A stretch of DNA of 63,627 bases, filler included, from Candidatus Woesearchaeota archaeon (GTDB lineage Archaea; Nanobdellota; Nanobdellia; Woesearchaeales; BM511), in assembly GCA_023266675.1 (NCBI GenBank). It is 5 parts of 5 records of this genome, joined end to end, with 100 filler letters (N's around TTAATTAATTAA, not from the genome) between each part and the next. Parts side by side here need not be neighbours in the genome. Positions count along the whole stretch, not along the records: positions 6,716 to 28,805 come from JAHFPP010000013.1; positions 28,906 to 35,297 come from JAHFPP010000067.1; 3 more parts are not named here. One strand, written 5' to 3'. A program made the translations under genes and the position numbers. How positions within the stretch are numbered: position 1 is the stretch's first letter; each line of letters starts with the position of its first letter. Below the pieces are notes generated by a model. The model saw nothing but the letters and a program-made list of their open reading frames with translations, had not been told where the DNA came from and did not search any database. Of the stretch, positions 20,261-29,824 are shown piece after piece.

Positions 20261-21094
20261 GTGGTTAAGAATAAAGAGAAATCCTTGAAACTTAAATCTG
20301 TAAAGAAGAACAGTCCAAGTAAAACTTTTCTTTCAAAGCTTTCTGACAGTTTTCGCTTAATAAAAAATAATAAATTTCTGTTTTCACTAACAGTGATTCT
20401 CACAATTATCTATGTCGCAGTTTCAGTTGCAATCATGGCGCATTACTGGGTTGAAGCGTCAGCACACCAGGAAGCAGTTTTTGGATATATTGACAGCATT
20501 CCGCTTGACGACCCTACAAAATCACCTCTTGGCAGCGACCCGTTAATGGTCTATAAGGAGATTGATGCAGCAAAAAATGCGCTAATCATGATGGGGTTGT
20601 TTATTCTTTTGGCAACATTTTTTATTGACGGCACAGCATGGCTTTTAGTAAAGTTCATGAGAAGCAAAGATGAAATCTTTGAGTTCTTAAAATCATATAT
20701 TGCTATCTTTTTTTTATTCATGGCATTGTTTGGTTCGCTAATTTATTTTACTTTTAAAATCGCTTTCTCAGATGCGTTAAGCAACTCGCCAAACAGGATT
20801 GTGAATATTATAGGATGGATTTTGCTTTTAATACTTTTATATCTTTATTTTATTGCAATGGCTCTTGTTACCAATTCAAAATTAAAAGAGATACCCTTAA
20901 AATTATTTAAGAATTCAATAAAACTCTTTACATCTGTGCCAACATATGCATTATCACTTTTTCTAATTATCTTTTTTGGATATTTTACTGTCTATTTCCT
21001 TGAAGGAAACCTATTTATGCTATCATTGTCAATAATCATGTTTTTTGTTTCGCTTGCATATTCCAAAGTTTTATTCTCTTCTCAATTTGAATAG
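20261..21094 (+). CDS. Multi-pass membrane protein
   Basis: About six hydrophobic helices. GTG 20261 preferred as start because it follows the TTTATAA box; start is uncertain. Confidence 0.7.
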   Translation: MVKNKEKSLKLKSVKKNSPSKTFLSKLSDSFRLIKNNKFLFSLTVILTIIYVAVSVAIMAHYWVEASAHQEAVFGYIDSIPLDDPTKSPLGSDPLMVYKEIDAAKNALIMMGLFILLATFFIDGTAWLLVKFMRSKDEIFEFLKSYIAIFFLFMALFGSLIYFTFKIAFSDALSNSPNRIVNIIGWILLLILLYLYFIAMALVTNSKLKEIPLKLFKNSIKLFTSVPTYALSLFLIIFFGYFTVYFLEGNLFMLSLSIIMFFVSLAYSKVLFSSQFE

Positions 21095-21157
21095 GATTTA
21101 TCTTGAATCTATATATTGAAGAATAGATTTATATATCTGTTTTGCCTAATAAGAGTC

Positions 21158-21352
21158 ATGGCCAAAGATGATGAGTCTGATGAGAACGAAGTTTATTCAA
21201 TGCTTGAGGAATTCATACGAAGAGAGTCAGAGAATGCAAAGTTTGAATCCAAGGATGAATCAAGTGATGACAATGATGAAGAGAAAAGACGTCTTTATCA
21301 GCGTGACGAGTCAAGCCAGAAAGAAGTTTATAGAAACAGGGATTCTTACTAA
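21158..21352 (+). CDS. Small acidic protein
   Basis: MAKDDESDENEVYSMLEEF...; TTTATATA box about 30 nt upstream. Confidence 0.6.
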   Translation: MAKDDESDENEVYSMLEEFIRRESENAKFESKDESSDDNDEEKRRLYQRDESSQKEVYRNRDSY

Positions 21353-21355
21353 GAA

Positions 21356-22255
21356 TTAATGATGCGCGCCTTCATGCTCAGCATGAGGGTTCTTGTATTT
21401 TAGACCTAACTGCTCAAGATGATCTTTATCAACATTATATTTTCCTTGAAGATGCATTTCATCAATCATCATTCTTACATTACTTATTCCCATCTTGTAA
21501 AATTTTGATTTATGGTCATCATCATGTTCAATATCATAACCCTCAAATCCAACTACTTTCTTCCCAAAATGATTTAATGCTTTAAGAGCTAATTTGTGGT
21601 TTTGATCATATTTTGACTTTCCTATTGTACTCACAAAATTTTGATTTACATGATATTTAGCGATTTCATTTTTAACATTTCCGGATAAATCATTAACGAC
21701 ACTAGTGTGCCTGGATTTATTTTTCTTTAATAAATTAGCCATGTGATAAAATGAACTATTCTCTTTGTCTTCTAAATTAAATCCTGCCTGCATAAACAAA
21801 CGCTGTATACTTCCCATTCTTTGACTTTCTTTGTTTTCTCCATCAAACTTCTCACTTTTATATGCTTCAACTTTGGCTTTTCCATGTTCACCCTGGTTAT
21901 GAATTAAAAAATCAGAAATATACGACTCAAGCAAATCATTAAGATGTTTATCTGATATATCTTTTCCTCTCTCAGCTAAAGGTTCATGATGATCATTTGC
22001 AAGCTCTTCAAATTTCTTTTTAAAAGCTGTATAGGCAACATCATGAGAATCTCCGGCCATATTCATAATATCCATATGATTATCTTTTGTGTTATGTTCT
22101 GCATATTTTTCTAAATCTTTCTCAAACGCCTTTTCAATGTCTTCAATTTTATCTTCTAGGTGCGCTAATTTAGGCTTGTGACCATAATGGCTATCATTTG
22201 CAGCTTCATGTTCATGACTATCCTCTTGTCTAACTGCATTTCCGTGTCCACTCAT
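21356..22255 (-). CDS. Histidine-rich hypothetical protein
   Basis: His/Asp/Glu-rich throughout, ends HAEHEGAHH. ATG 22255 preferred over GTG 22276. Confidence 0.7.
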   Translation of the reverse strand: MSGHGNAVRQEDSHEHEAANDSHYGHKPKLAHLEDKIEDIEKAFEKDLEKYAEHNTKDNHMDIMNMAGDSHDVAYTAFKKKFEELANDHHEPLAERGKDISDKHLNDLLESYISDFLIHNQGEHGKAKVEAYKSEKFDGENKESQRMGSIQRLFMQAGFNLEDKENSSFYHMANLLKKNKSRHTSVVNDLSGNVKNEIAKYHVNQNFVSTIGKSKYDQNHKLALKALNHFGKKVVGFEGYDIEHDDDHKSKFYKMGISNVRMMIDEMHLQGKYNVDKDHLEQLGLKYKNPHAEHEGAHH

Positions 22256-22423
22256 AATCTGTTTTGATGCATTCACGTATATATACCTTGCGATTTATTT
22301 TGTTTATAATCTTTCTCTATCTTTAAACCGTGTTCATTCTCTAAGGTTCATTACTTTATCCTCTTACTATCACTTAGTAATTACTTAAGAAAGCTTTAAA
22401 TATACTATTCATATTGTAATCTT

Positions 22424-22849
22424 ATGCTTAACATGACTCCAATACAAACAGATGGAGATAGGATGAATATTCCAAATAATCCTTATGCTGGACTTATGGA
22501 ATATGCATTGGGTTTGGATAACGCTGTTAAAGCCCACAAAGGTGCAGGAAGTCGCGCGTATATGACACTTTCAGATAATCCTTACATAAGCAGAATAAGG
22601 GAAACTGAGTTATCAAAATCTTCATTTTCAGGCGTTTCATCAATAGATTTACTTTTAAGGGATGCACCTACAAAGTTTCCACCAATGGGACGCCACAATT
22701 ATCTTGGAAACACACTTCCTGCAAATTCTATCTCACTTGGAAATAAAGATGCAGTATATTCAACAGGAATGAGCGATAAATATTCAAGGCCCACTTTGGA
22801 TTTAATGCTTAATTATTCACCAAAACAATCAAACTACAGATTGCATTAA
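22424..22849 (+). CDS. Hypothetical protein
   Basis: 141-aa ORF with TTTAAATA box upstream. Confidence 0.6.
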   Translation: MLNMTPIQTDGDRMNIPNNPYAGLMEYALGLDNAVKAHKGAGSRAYMTLSDNPYISRIRETELSKSSFSGVSSIDLLLRDAPTKFPPMGRHNYLGNTLPANSISLGNKDAVYSTGMSDKYSRPTLDLMLNYSPKQSNYRLH

Positions 22850-22907
22850 CTTCATTCTTATTTAATTTTAAAAAAGTTTTATAAACAACAAACATAACAC
22901 TAAGTTT

Positions 22908-23519
22908 ATGGTTGAGCTGAATTCGATTGTTGAAGAAGTTATCAACAAGCACGCAGGCGTTTCAATAAAGGAACTTAATAAAACAATTTCATACACCCTA
23001 GAAAACAGGCTATCATCATTCTCACTGACTAATCTAAAATATAAGGACGCAAAAAAGAGCTTTCAAAAGGCATATTTTCAGGAATTGCTCACGCTAAATC
23101 TTGGAAATATTTCAAAGGCTGCAAAAAAAGCAGGTCTTAATCGCCGTCAGATACACAGAATCTGCAGTGAGGTTGGAATTGACCAGAAAGATATACGGCG
23201 CCAGATGCTTAAACCATATAATTATCTAAAACAGAACATTCAGGAAATTATTGAAGAAAGAATTGAGTTTTCAAAAGACTCAATAAATAAGCTTAGTGTT
23301 GATAAAATCTATAAAAAAATGCCAAAAATTGCAGATAACATAACTGAATTCATTGAGGACAGAATTGAACCTTATGATGATGCAATACTCACATTTGAAA
23401 AGCATTATTTCCAGGAAATTCTGATAATTGCAAACAATTCGCCAAACAAAGCCGCGGAAATGGCAGGGCTCTCAAAGCGTTCAATTCTAAGACGGATGCA
23501 GACATTGGAAATTGCATAA
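22908..23519 (+). CDS. Protein with two Fis-type HTH domains
   Basis: FQKAYFQELL....GNISKAAKKAGLNRRQIHR and FEKHYFQEIL....NSPNKAAEMAGLSKRSILRRM. Confidence 0.8.
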   Translation: MVELNSIVEEVINKHAGVSIKELNKTISYTLENRLSSFSLTNLKYKDAKKSFQKAYFQELLTLNLGNISKAAKKAGLNRRQIHRICSEVGIDQKDIRRQMLKPYNYLKQNIQEIIEERIEFSKDSINKLSVDKIYKKMPKIADNITEFIEDRIEPYDDAILTFEKHYFQEILIIANNSPNKAAEMAGLSKRSILRRMQTLEIA

Positions 23520-23534
23520 TCACGTTTTTAGAAT

Positions 23535-24338
23535 TTATTTTCTTGTTTCAAGAAATTTTCTCATTCGCTCAACAAAGTCCTGCGCTTCCTTGAAGTACCG
23601 GTCGTATTCTTCGCCTTTTATCTCTCCAATCTCTCGCCTTGAAATCATTTTTTGGAGTTTGTAAAATGTGAGCATTATTGCCGCATATTTTTTTTCTATG
23701 TGTCCAGGCTTTACAAGCTTTTCCTGTATCATTTCAGAAACGTGCTCAGGCGACGGCGGCACTTCTCCAATCATCATTAAAGCTGCGTGAGCAGAGTCAA
23801 TTACCGCCCAGTAAAGGTCGAGTGTTGCCTGAAGTATATGCCACTTGGAATTATACAATGTTTTTGGGGCCTTTGTGTAATAAGTCCAAATTGACTCCTG
23901 TGTTGGCCGAATTCTTCCCTGGTATAAAAGTACCTGCATTGGTTCAAAAAAACCCGAATCAATTAATGGCACTCCCTCTTTTAGTATGTTTACTGCAATA
24001 GGGTCTGCTGCTCTCATGTATTCCCAGAACGTTGTAAACTTTAATGTTGTTATATGAAGCTTTAGTGAAACTTTTTTTATGACATTTGAAACAATTATTT
24101 TGTATGCTTCCATGAATTGCGGGTCAAGCACGTTTTTGGTGTCGTCAAGAATTAAAAGTATGTCTATGTCGTTTGAAACTGTTTTTTTTCTAGCGGACGA
24201 GCCAAACAGAACTATCGCTTTAAGATATTCTCCAAGTTCCTTGTATACTTGTGCTGAGAACTTGTATGCAATTCCAAGAGTCTCCTTCTGATACTTCTGC
24301 AAATTAGGATTCTCTCTTTCTGTAATTTTAGATTCCAA
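23535..24338 (-). CDS. Minimal nucleotidyltransferase fused to a HEPN-like helical domain
   Basis: IVLFGSSAR....NDIDIL.ILDD (GS..DxD) followed by LYWAVIDSAHAALM..G..PPSP helical domain. Confidence 0.8.
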   Translation of the reverse strand: MESKITERENPNLQKYQKETLGIAYKFSAQVYKELGEYLKAIVLFGSSARKKTVSNDIDILLILDDTKNVLDPQFMEAYKIIVSNVIKKVSLKLHITTLKFTTFWEYMRAADPIAVNILKEGVPLIDSGFFEPMQVLLYQGRIRPTQESIWTYYTKAPKTLYNSKWHILQATLDLYWAVIDSAHAALMMIGEVPPSPEHVSEMIQEKLVKPGHIEKKYAAIMLTFYKLQKMISRREIGEIKGEEYDRYFKEAQDFVERMRKFLETRK

Positions 24339-24410
24339 CTAATACACACCTCTCTTTTATAATTTTTAATATTTATCCTGATATATAATTGTTTCTTATT
24401 TTTCTAATAT

Positions 24411-26495
24411 TTACTCAAGCGGTGTTCCGCCGTAAAATGGCGCTCCTTTGTAGTCTTCGCTTGGCGCAAAATCTCCTATAATATATCTTGGGGCTTCTGT
24501 TCTACCAAAGTAGCTTTGGTGAAATCCGCCGACTATTCCGTCGCTCCACGTTTGCTCGACTAGTCCTGGTTTGAAAACTGAATATATAGGGCTTCCAAGA
24601 AAGTTCCATGCTCTAGGTAAAGCAGTAAGCGGATTGAAGCTTCCGCCTTCAACAATGAACTCGTCAATTCCAGCTTTTTTCACTATATCCAAGAATTCCT
24701 TTACAGGCGCGTTTCCGTCTCCAATTGTCAAGTGTTCATCGTGATAACCATAGTTGTCGGAGAGGTGTACGTGACCAAGTATTTTATTATCTGCAAGGTC
24801 TTTTGTTTTTTCAAGCGCCCAGTTCTGAAACCTCTTATCATAATGCTCCTGAGTTTCTCCTTCTTTTTTTACGTAGAATCTTTTCCAGAGGTTTAAGTGC
24901 CCTATATCAAGCGTTGCTCTAATGTGCTTTTGGGCTGTTTCTTCTGCTTTTTTGTGCGAGTACCCTCTTGTTTTTTCAAGCGTTTCAGCCATGTTTTTTC
25001 GCGCGTTTAAAACAAGCTTCTTCATCTCGTCAGGGTGTCCGCCGTAGGTGTCAGGAAGCCATGATTCAGGCGCGATAAAAAGCGGATTTTTCTCAATCAA
25101 TTTATCCCCTGCCCGTATTCTCTGCTCAGTTTTTTCAAGCGCGTACATCGCAGCTTCACCCATTGATTCTGATGCTCTTTCGCCAGCAAAATCCTCTGCT
25201 GAAACGAAGTCTTTTTGCTTTCCATTGTGAAACGTGTCTTTAAGATCAAAGTCACTCATAATCTCTAATGCTCTTCCTTTTCCAGACTTTACCATGTCCA
25301 TTGTAACTTCTAAATCAGATTCCAAATTCTTAAGACTTTTTGAAAGATATTCCAAAGGGTCTTTATCTTCAGGAATAATAAGATGATATTGCTGATGATC
25401 AAATTTGCCTTTCATCTTCTCCCATTCTTCAGCGGGTAGTTTATCTTTTAATTCTTTATAATAGTTGTAAGTTTTTTTCATTTTTTCATAATCTTTTATC
25501 TCTTTTTCATACCTTTGTTCATAGTTTCTTGCCATACCAAGTTGATACTGTATCTGCATTAGTGTCTGTCTTTTGTGAAAATCTATTGCCGCTTCTTTTG
25601 TTTCTTTTCTGAAAAAATCAGGCTCATATTTTTCTCTTAGTCTTAAAGCAACAGCGCTCTCTATCTTTGTAATTGCAGCAATTTTATCCTGCTCAGTTAA
25701 ATTTTTAGCATCAAGTTTTTTAAGTTCTCTTCTCTCATCGTCAGTGAGTACTTTAAGATTATTATCCATAAATTCAAGCTTATATTGTTTAAAATATTTT
25801 TCTTCAAGTTTTACTCCGCCTGTTTTCTCATCTTTTTCGTATTCATACAACTTTTCTCCTGTTAACTCATCATCTATGTCATTTCCATTCATATCTTTAA
25901 TTGTTATAGGATTTCCATTTTCATCAAGTTTTTTCACAGGCAAATACTGCTTTGTGTTTTCTCTGATTTCGCTTACCAATGCTTTTTGCCTTCTTGAAGC
26001 TATGTAGTGCTGTTCTTTTCCTGCTTCCTCTTTGTACATCTGAAATTCCCCATTAAACGTAGTATTCATGCTTCTTGGCGCTTCGCCTGTGTGAAAAACC
26101 ACTGCGCCGCCTGTTGACGCTTCTGACGCGAAATCTATAGCCCTTTTTAATTCGTCAATTGAGTTCTTTTTTTGCTCATCTGAGAACCTGTTCTGGTTGA
26201 ATCCTGACAGCCCGTTAATCCCAACGGATGCGTGTGTTGATGTTTTGACATTGTTGTAAGTTGCCAAATCTCTCATATCCTGTCTTTCAACTTTACCAAA
26301 TGATTCTGGTGAGGGGTTTTCCTTGTTTGATTTTCCTGAGCCAAAAAATGAGAATTCTATTACTGATGCACCGTGGAATATCCTTGCTTTTAGAGCTTCA
26401 GTTTGGTGCTGAAAAGGGTTAGTTGATGCTCCTATCTGATTCATTGGTATTGGAGCGTCGTCCCTGTCCATCGCATTATAATATCCGTAATCCAT
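24411..26495 (-). CDS. Xylose-isomerase/AP-endonuclease-like TIM-barrel metalloprotein with large helical insertion
   Basis: STHAS, AIDFA....GGAVVFHTGE, APE, TLDIGHLN, HVHLSDNYG..DEHL..GDG and IVE motifs, split by about 300 aa of charged helical sequence. Confidence 0.8.
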   Translation of the reverse strand: MDYGYYNAMDRDDAPIPMNQIGASTNPFQHQTEALKARIFHGASVIEFSFFGSGKSNKENPSPESFGKVERQDMRDLATYNNVKTSTHASVGINGLSGFNQNRFSDEQKKNSIDELKRAIDFASEASTGGAVVFHTGEAPRSMNTTFNGEFQMYKEEAGKEQHYIASRRQKALVSEIRENTKQYLPVKKLDENGNPITIKDMNGNDIDDELTGEKLYEYEKDEKTGGVKLEEKYFKQYKLEFMDNNLKVLTDDERRELKKLDAKNLTEQDKIAAITKIESAVALRLREKYEPDFFRKETKEAAIDFHKRQTLMQIQYQLGMARNYEQRYEKEIKDYEKMKKTYNYYKELKDKLPAEEWEKMKGKFDHQQYHLIIPEDKDPLEYLSKSLKNLESDLEVTMDMVKSGKGRALEIMSDFDLKDTFHNGKQKDFVSAEDFAGERASESMGEAAMYALEKTEQRIRAGDKLIEKNPLFIAPESWLPDTYGGHPDEMKKLVLNARKNMAETLEKTRGYSHKKAEETAQKHIRATLDIGHLNLWKRFYVKKEGETQEHYDKRFQNWALEKTKDLADNKILGHVHLSDNYGYHDEHLTIGDGNAPVKEFLDIVKKAGIDEFIVEGGSFNPLTALPRAWNFLGSPIYSVFKPGLVEQTWSDGIVGGFHQSYFGRTEAPRYIIGDFAPSEDYKGAPFYGGTPLE

Positions 26496-26498
26496 TCT

Positions 26499-28109
26499 CT
26501 ACCACGTCACCATCTTATGGGCTTTTTTGAAATTTCTTATTACAAGCCATCCTTCATCTTTTCCTTTCTTTTTGGCTTCTCCTTTGGATTTGCCTTCAAG
26601 ATAGCTGTCTTTTTTTGCTGTTTTGCTTCCAAATTTTATATCTTTAATTCCAAGAGCGCCAAACACTTCACCAAATCCGCTAAACACTGACAGGAATGGG
26701 TCCATTGCGCCTCCAAGTTTTGGTTTTTCCTTGGTTGCAGACACCATTCCCTTTGCTTTTTTTATTCCTTCGTCCATGTTTGGTACAATATTATTTGCAA
26801 GTAAATTTTTTGCAAGCTCATTGACTTTTTTCTCATCGTCAAAGACTTCGCCTTCCATTCCTAAATATTTTTTTAATTCGTCGCCAAGAGAGTCCATTGC
26901 TTCTCTAATTGACTCGTCAATTGCTGACAAAAGCGCGATGTCTTCCTCTTTTTTGTATTGTATATAATTATCGAGCTGTTTTTGGTCCCACGCATATATT
27001 CTTACCCTGGCTTCTGCCCGTCCGATATGTATAGGGCCTTTCTGTCCATAGTCATGCGGCTGGTGAATCAGCGTTTCAGGGCGTGATCTATACTGAAAAT
27101 TAAATAGTATGACTGCATAATGGTCTTTTACTTTCTTCTTGCCTATTATTTCAAGCTCTACAAATGCTCCTTCAAATGACTTTATTATTCTTGAGTCATT
27201 CTCATGCTTTTCAAGTTGCTGCATTCTTTTTGTGTATCTAAGATACGGTTTTATCCATGATATGTAAAGTTTTATTGTTTCGTAATGTTGCCTTAAATAT
27301 TTCAGTTCAAAATTTCTTCGCGTTTCAAGCTCCTTAAATGTCCTTTCCTTCCATTCATAATATTGTCTTAATTTTCTTTTTAATATCTCTTTTACTTTTT
27401 CATTGAATTGAAGTTCGTCAACTTTTCTGTCAACATCTTTTTTGCTGTCAATCTTCATCCTGAAAAACACGTCAGGCAGTATTGTGAAACCGACGTTTTG
27501 GGAGAGCCCGTATATTGAAGAAGGATTCTTTGTACCTCCCTCTACCTGGTCAACCCAAAGCCCTTTTAGGACAATTTCAGATGACAATGCGTTGTCATTA
27601 TGCTCATACGTGTCAATATAATATTGAAGTCTGTCATTTATTATCCTAACTTCTCTCACTATCTGGAAAAGTCCCTTTATCATATCACTTATTCCTTTTA
27701 AAAAGTTTGAGATGTTTCCCTGCTGTATTGAAAGCCTTTGCTGCATCATTCCAAAAAATGACGATGATTCGCTTGCAGCATATGTGTCTATAATTTTTTC
27801 AGCCTGATAGCCAAACTCAACAGTCAACTCGTGGTGAAGCCAGAAATACATCTCTTCAATATTGAGGTTTGGAGCTTCAAACGCCAGCCAGAATCTTTTG
27901 CACGGCTGAGGGTATTCTGTTGGCATAAAAACTTCAAGATACTCCTCTGCCCATTCTACATCAGCAAGCTCTTCGGCTTCTTTATCCAGCATGTTAATAA
28001 GCTTTTTTTCTCTTTCTGCCGGAGTAAGGTCGCTAAATTCTCCTGCCTTCTTATGGCTCTTGTTGATAAAGCCGTACTTTATTAGACGTTTATTTGGATT
28101 TGAAAGCAA
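26499..28109 (-). CDS. Helical hypothetical protein, first gene of a three-gene operon
   Basis: 536-aa ORF ending 3 nt before the TIM-barrel gene; TTG start. Confidence 0.75.
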   Translation of the reverse strand: MLSNPNKRLIKYGFINKSHKKAGEFSDLTPAEREKKLINMLDKEAEELADVEWAEEYLEVFMPTEYPQPCKRFWLAFEAPNLNIEEMYFWLHHELTVEFGYQAEKIIDTYAASESSSFFGMMQQRLSIQQGNISNFLKGISDMIKGLFQIVREVRIINDRLQYYIDTYEHNDNALSSEIVLKGLWVDQVEGGTKNPSSIYGLSQNVGFTILPDVFFRMKIDSKKDVDRKVDELQFNEKVKEILKRKLRQYYEWKERTFKELETRRNFELKYLRQHYETIKLYISWIKPYLRYTKRMQQLEKHENDSRIIKSFEGAFVELEIIGKKKVKDHYAVILFNFQYRSRPETLIHQPHDYGQKGPIHIGRAEARVRIYAWDQKQLDNYIQYKKEEDIALLSAIDESIREAMDSLGDELKKYLGMEGEVFDDEKKVNELAKNLLANNIVPNMDEGIKKAKGMVSATKEKPKLGGAMDPFLSVFSGFGEVFGALGIKDIKFGSKTAKKDSYLEGKSKGEAKKKGKDEGWLVIRNFKKAHKMVTW

Positions 28110-28202
28110 GCGGAAACCCTCTTTTTGATTTTATAAGCTGTTTATGAAGGTTTTACTTTATAAATTTATGGTACATAATAACTTTATCTTTTGTATGTAA
28201 CC

Positions 28203-28265
28203 GACCTTTTACGAAAAGCTCGAGTAAAATAGTGGGATTATTCAAAAAATGAATAATCCTCGGAT
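28203..28265 (+). repeat. Diverged, inverted copy of the palindromic repeat unit
   Basis: GACCTTTT-ACG-AAAAGCTCGAGTAAAATAGT-GGGATTATTCA-AAAAA-TGAATAATCC aligns with the reverse complement of 28631-28689. Confidence 0.65.
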
Positions 28266-28291
28266 TATCTACTTTCTATATTGAAGAAAAC

Positions 28292-28549
28292 CTATCTTTT
28301 GTATATAACCACATTAAATCCTATAAAATCAATGAGTTCTGAGTTTGTTTTCTCTATAATCTTTCTGACAATCTCTTTTTTGTCTTCATTTTCAAGCGCG
28401 CTCTTGTTTATTTTTATCTTTAGAAGCTTCTTTTTTTTAATTATTGTCTCTATCTGTTTAACAAGTGAGTCTGTCAGTCCGTTTTTCCCTATGTTTATCA
28501 TCGGCATAAGGTTTCTTGCTTTTCTTCGCAGTTCAATCTTTTCTTCCAT
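28292..28549 (-). CDS. yhbY: YhbY/CRM-domain RNA-binding protein
   Basis: LR.KA..L.P...IGKNGLT......I......LLKIK...IG..VVIY. Confidence 0.92.
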   Translation of the reverse strand: MEEKIELRRKARNLMPMINIGKNGLTDSLVKQIETIIKKKKLLKIKINKSALENEDKKEIVRKIIEKTNSELIDFIGFNVVIYKR

Positions 28550-28599
28550 TATATAACAAGGGTTAAGGCTTTTTTTATTAACTTAACTCTTTTGCCAGC

Positions 28600-28805
28600 A
28601 ACCGTTTCGTCCGTTGACGCTCGAGACTAAGGACTATCACAAAACGTGATAGTCCGAACTGTTTTGGTCAAACTTTTTTTAAAAGGTTGTAACCCTTTCG
28701 CCAGTTGTCAGCGAGGCTAAGGACTATCACAAAAAAGTAATAGTCCGAACTGTTTTGGTCAAACGCAAGAAAATGCAAAATCGCATTTTCTGCGCACAGA
28801 AAACT
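28600..28805. repeat. Tandem palindromic repeat units of about 91 nt, running into contig end
   Basis: Unit 1 is 28600-28690 and unit 2 starts at 28691. Shared AACC.TTTCG...CGAG.CTAAGGACTATCAC-loop-GT.ATAGTCCGAACTGTTTTGGTCAAAC. Confidence 0.9.
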
Positions 28806-28905
28806 NNNNNNNNNNNNNNNNNNNNNNNNNNNNNNNNNNNNNNNNNNNNTTAATTAATTAANNNNNNNNNNNNNNNNNNNNNNNNNNNNNNNNNNNNNNN
28901 NNNNN
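28806..28905. other. Artificial contig linker
   Basis: N44-TTAATTAATTAA-N44. Confidence 0.98.
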
Positions 28906-29251
28906 ACTTTTACATCGAACTAGGAGGATAAACCAATCAAATAAGTTTTATATTTTTTATTATAATTTTTGTTTTTATTTAATTCTCTTTATATTTTTAA
29001 ATTAGACTTGTGAAGTACTATTTTTAAAAGTTTTAGTATAGATAAATTAGATAAAGATGAGCTATAGCGGTATAATCATTCTAAAAGAAAAAAATAAGCT
29101 CTCAAATATCTCAATTGGGATATTAATTTCTAGAATAATCTGAATTATTAGGAAAAATCAAAAGAAATGTTCTTAAATAGTTATTTATACTTACATAATA
29201 AGTATTTTTTAGCAATATTTATATATTAGATACTTACATAGTAAGTAAAAG

Positions 29252-29824
29252 ATGGGGAGAAATACTGGCAGACATGAAGAAAATACAAATTTTAATACTG
29301 ATAACTCGCTAAATAGCATAAATAAGATATTAATCGACAAAGAATTCTCACAGCTTAAAACACTTATTAAATCACTCTCGATAAAATACAACATTTCTAA
29401 GGAGAAAATTACAGATATAGCTCAAAACGAAGAAGATATTGTTATCCCCACCTCAATATTCTCCGACGAAAAACTCTCAATGCTTGAAACTTCAGTAAAA
29501 TACCTTAAAGATGACCTAAATTTAAAATTTTCATCAATAGGGAAAATTCTTAATAGAGATGAAAGAACAATATGGACTACCTATCACAATTCTTGCAAAA
29601 AATCAAACTCGAAACTTCTTGTAGCTGAAGGTATATCACTCCCCATAAAAGTGCTTTCTGACAGAAGACACAGCATACTTGAGCAGGCAGTAGGATATCT
29701 GAAAGAAACGCATTCTATGAAGTTTTCAGAAATTGCAAGGCTCCTAAAACTTGATGACAGAACAATATGGACGTGTTACAACAGATTAAAAAAGAAGAGG
29801 GAGGGTGAAAATGAAGCAAGATAA
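29252..29824 (+). CDS. Protein with two tandem sigma-4/LuxR-like HTH repeats
   Basis: Internal duplication S.LE..V.YLK......KFS.I...L..D.RTIWT.Y. Confidence 0.8.
   Translation: MGRNTGRHEENTNFNTDNSLNSINKILIDKEFSQLKTLIKSLSIKYNISKEKITDIAQNEEDIVIPTSIFSDEKLSMLETSVKYLKDDLNLKFSSIGKILNRDERTIWTTYHNSCKKSNSKLLVAEGISLPIKVLSDRRHSILEQAVGYLKETHSMKFSEIARLLKLDDRTIWTCYNRLKKKREGENEAR

Noticed and set aside
28600..28805. Possible CRISPR array
   Set aside because: Units are about 91 nt, the sequence between conserved blocks is itself homologous rather than unique spacers, and no cas genes are present.
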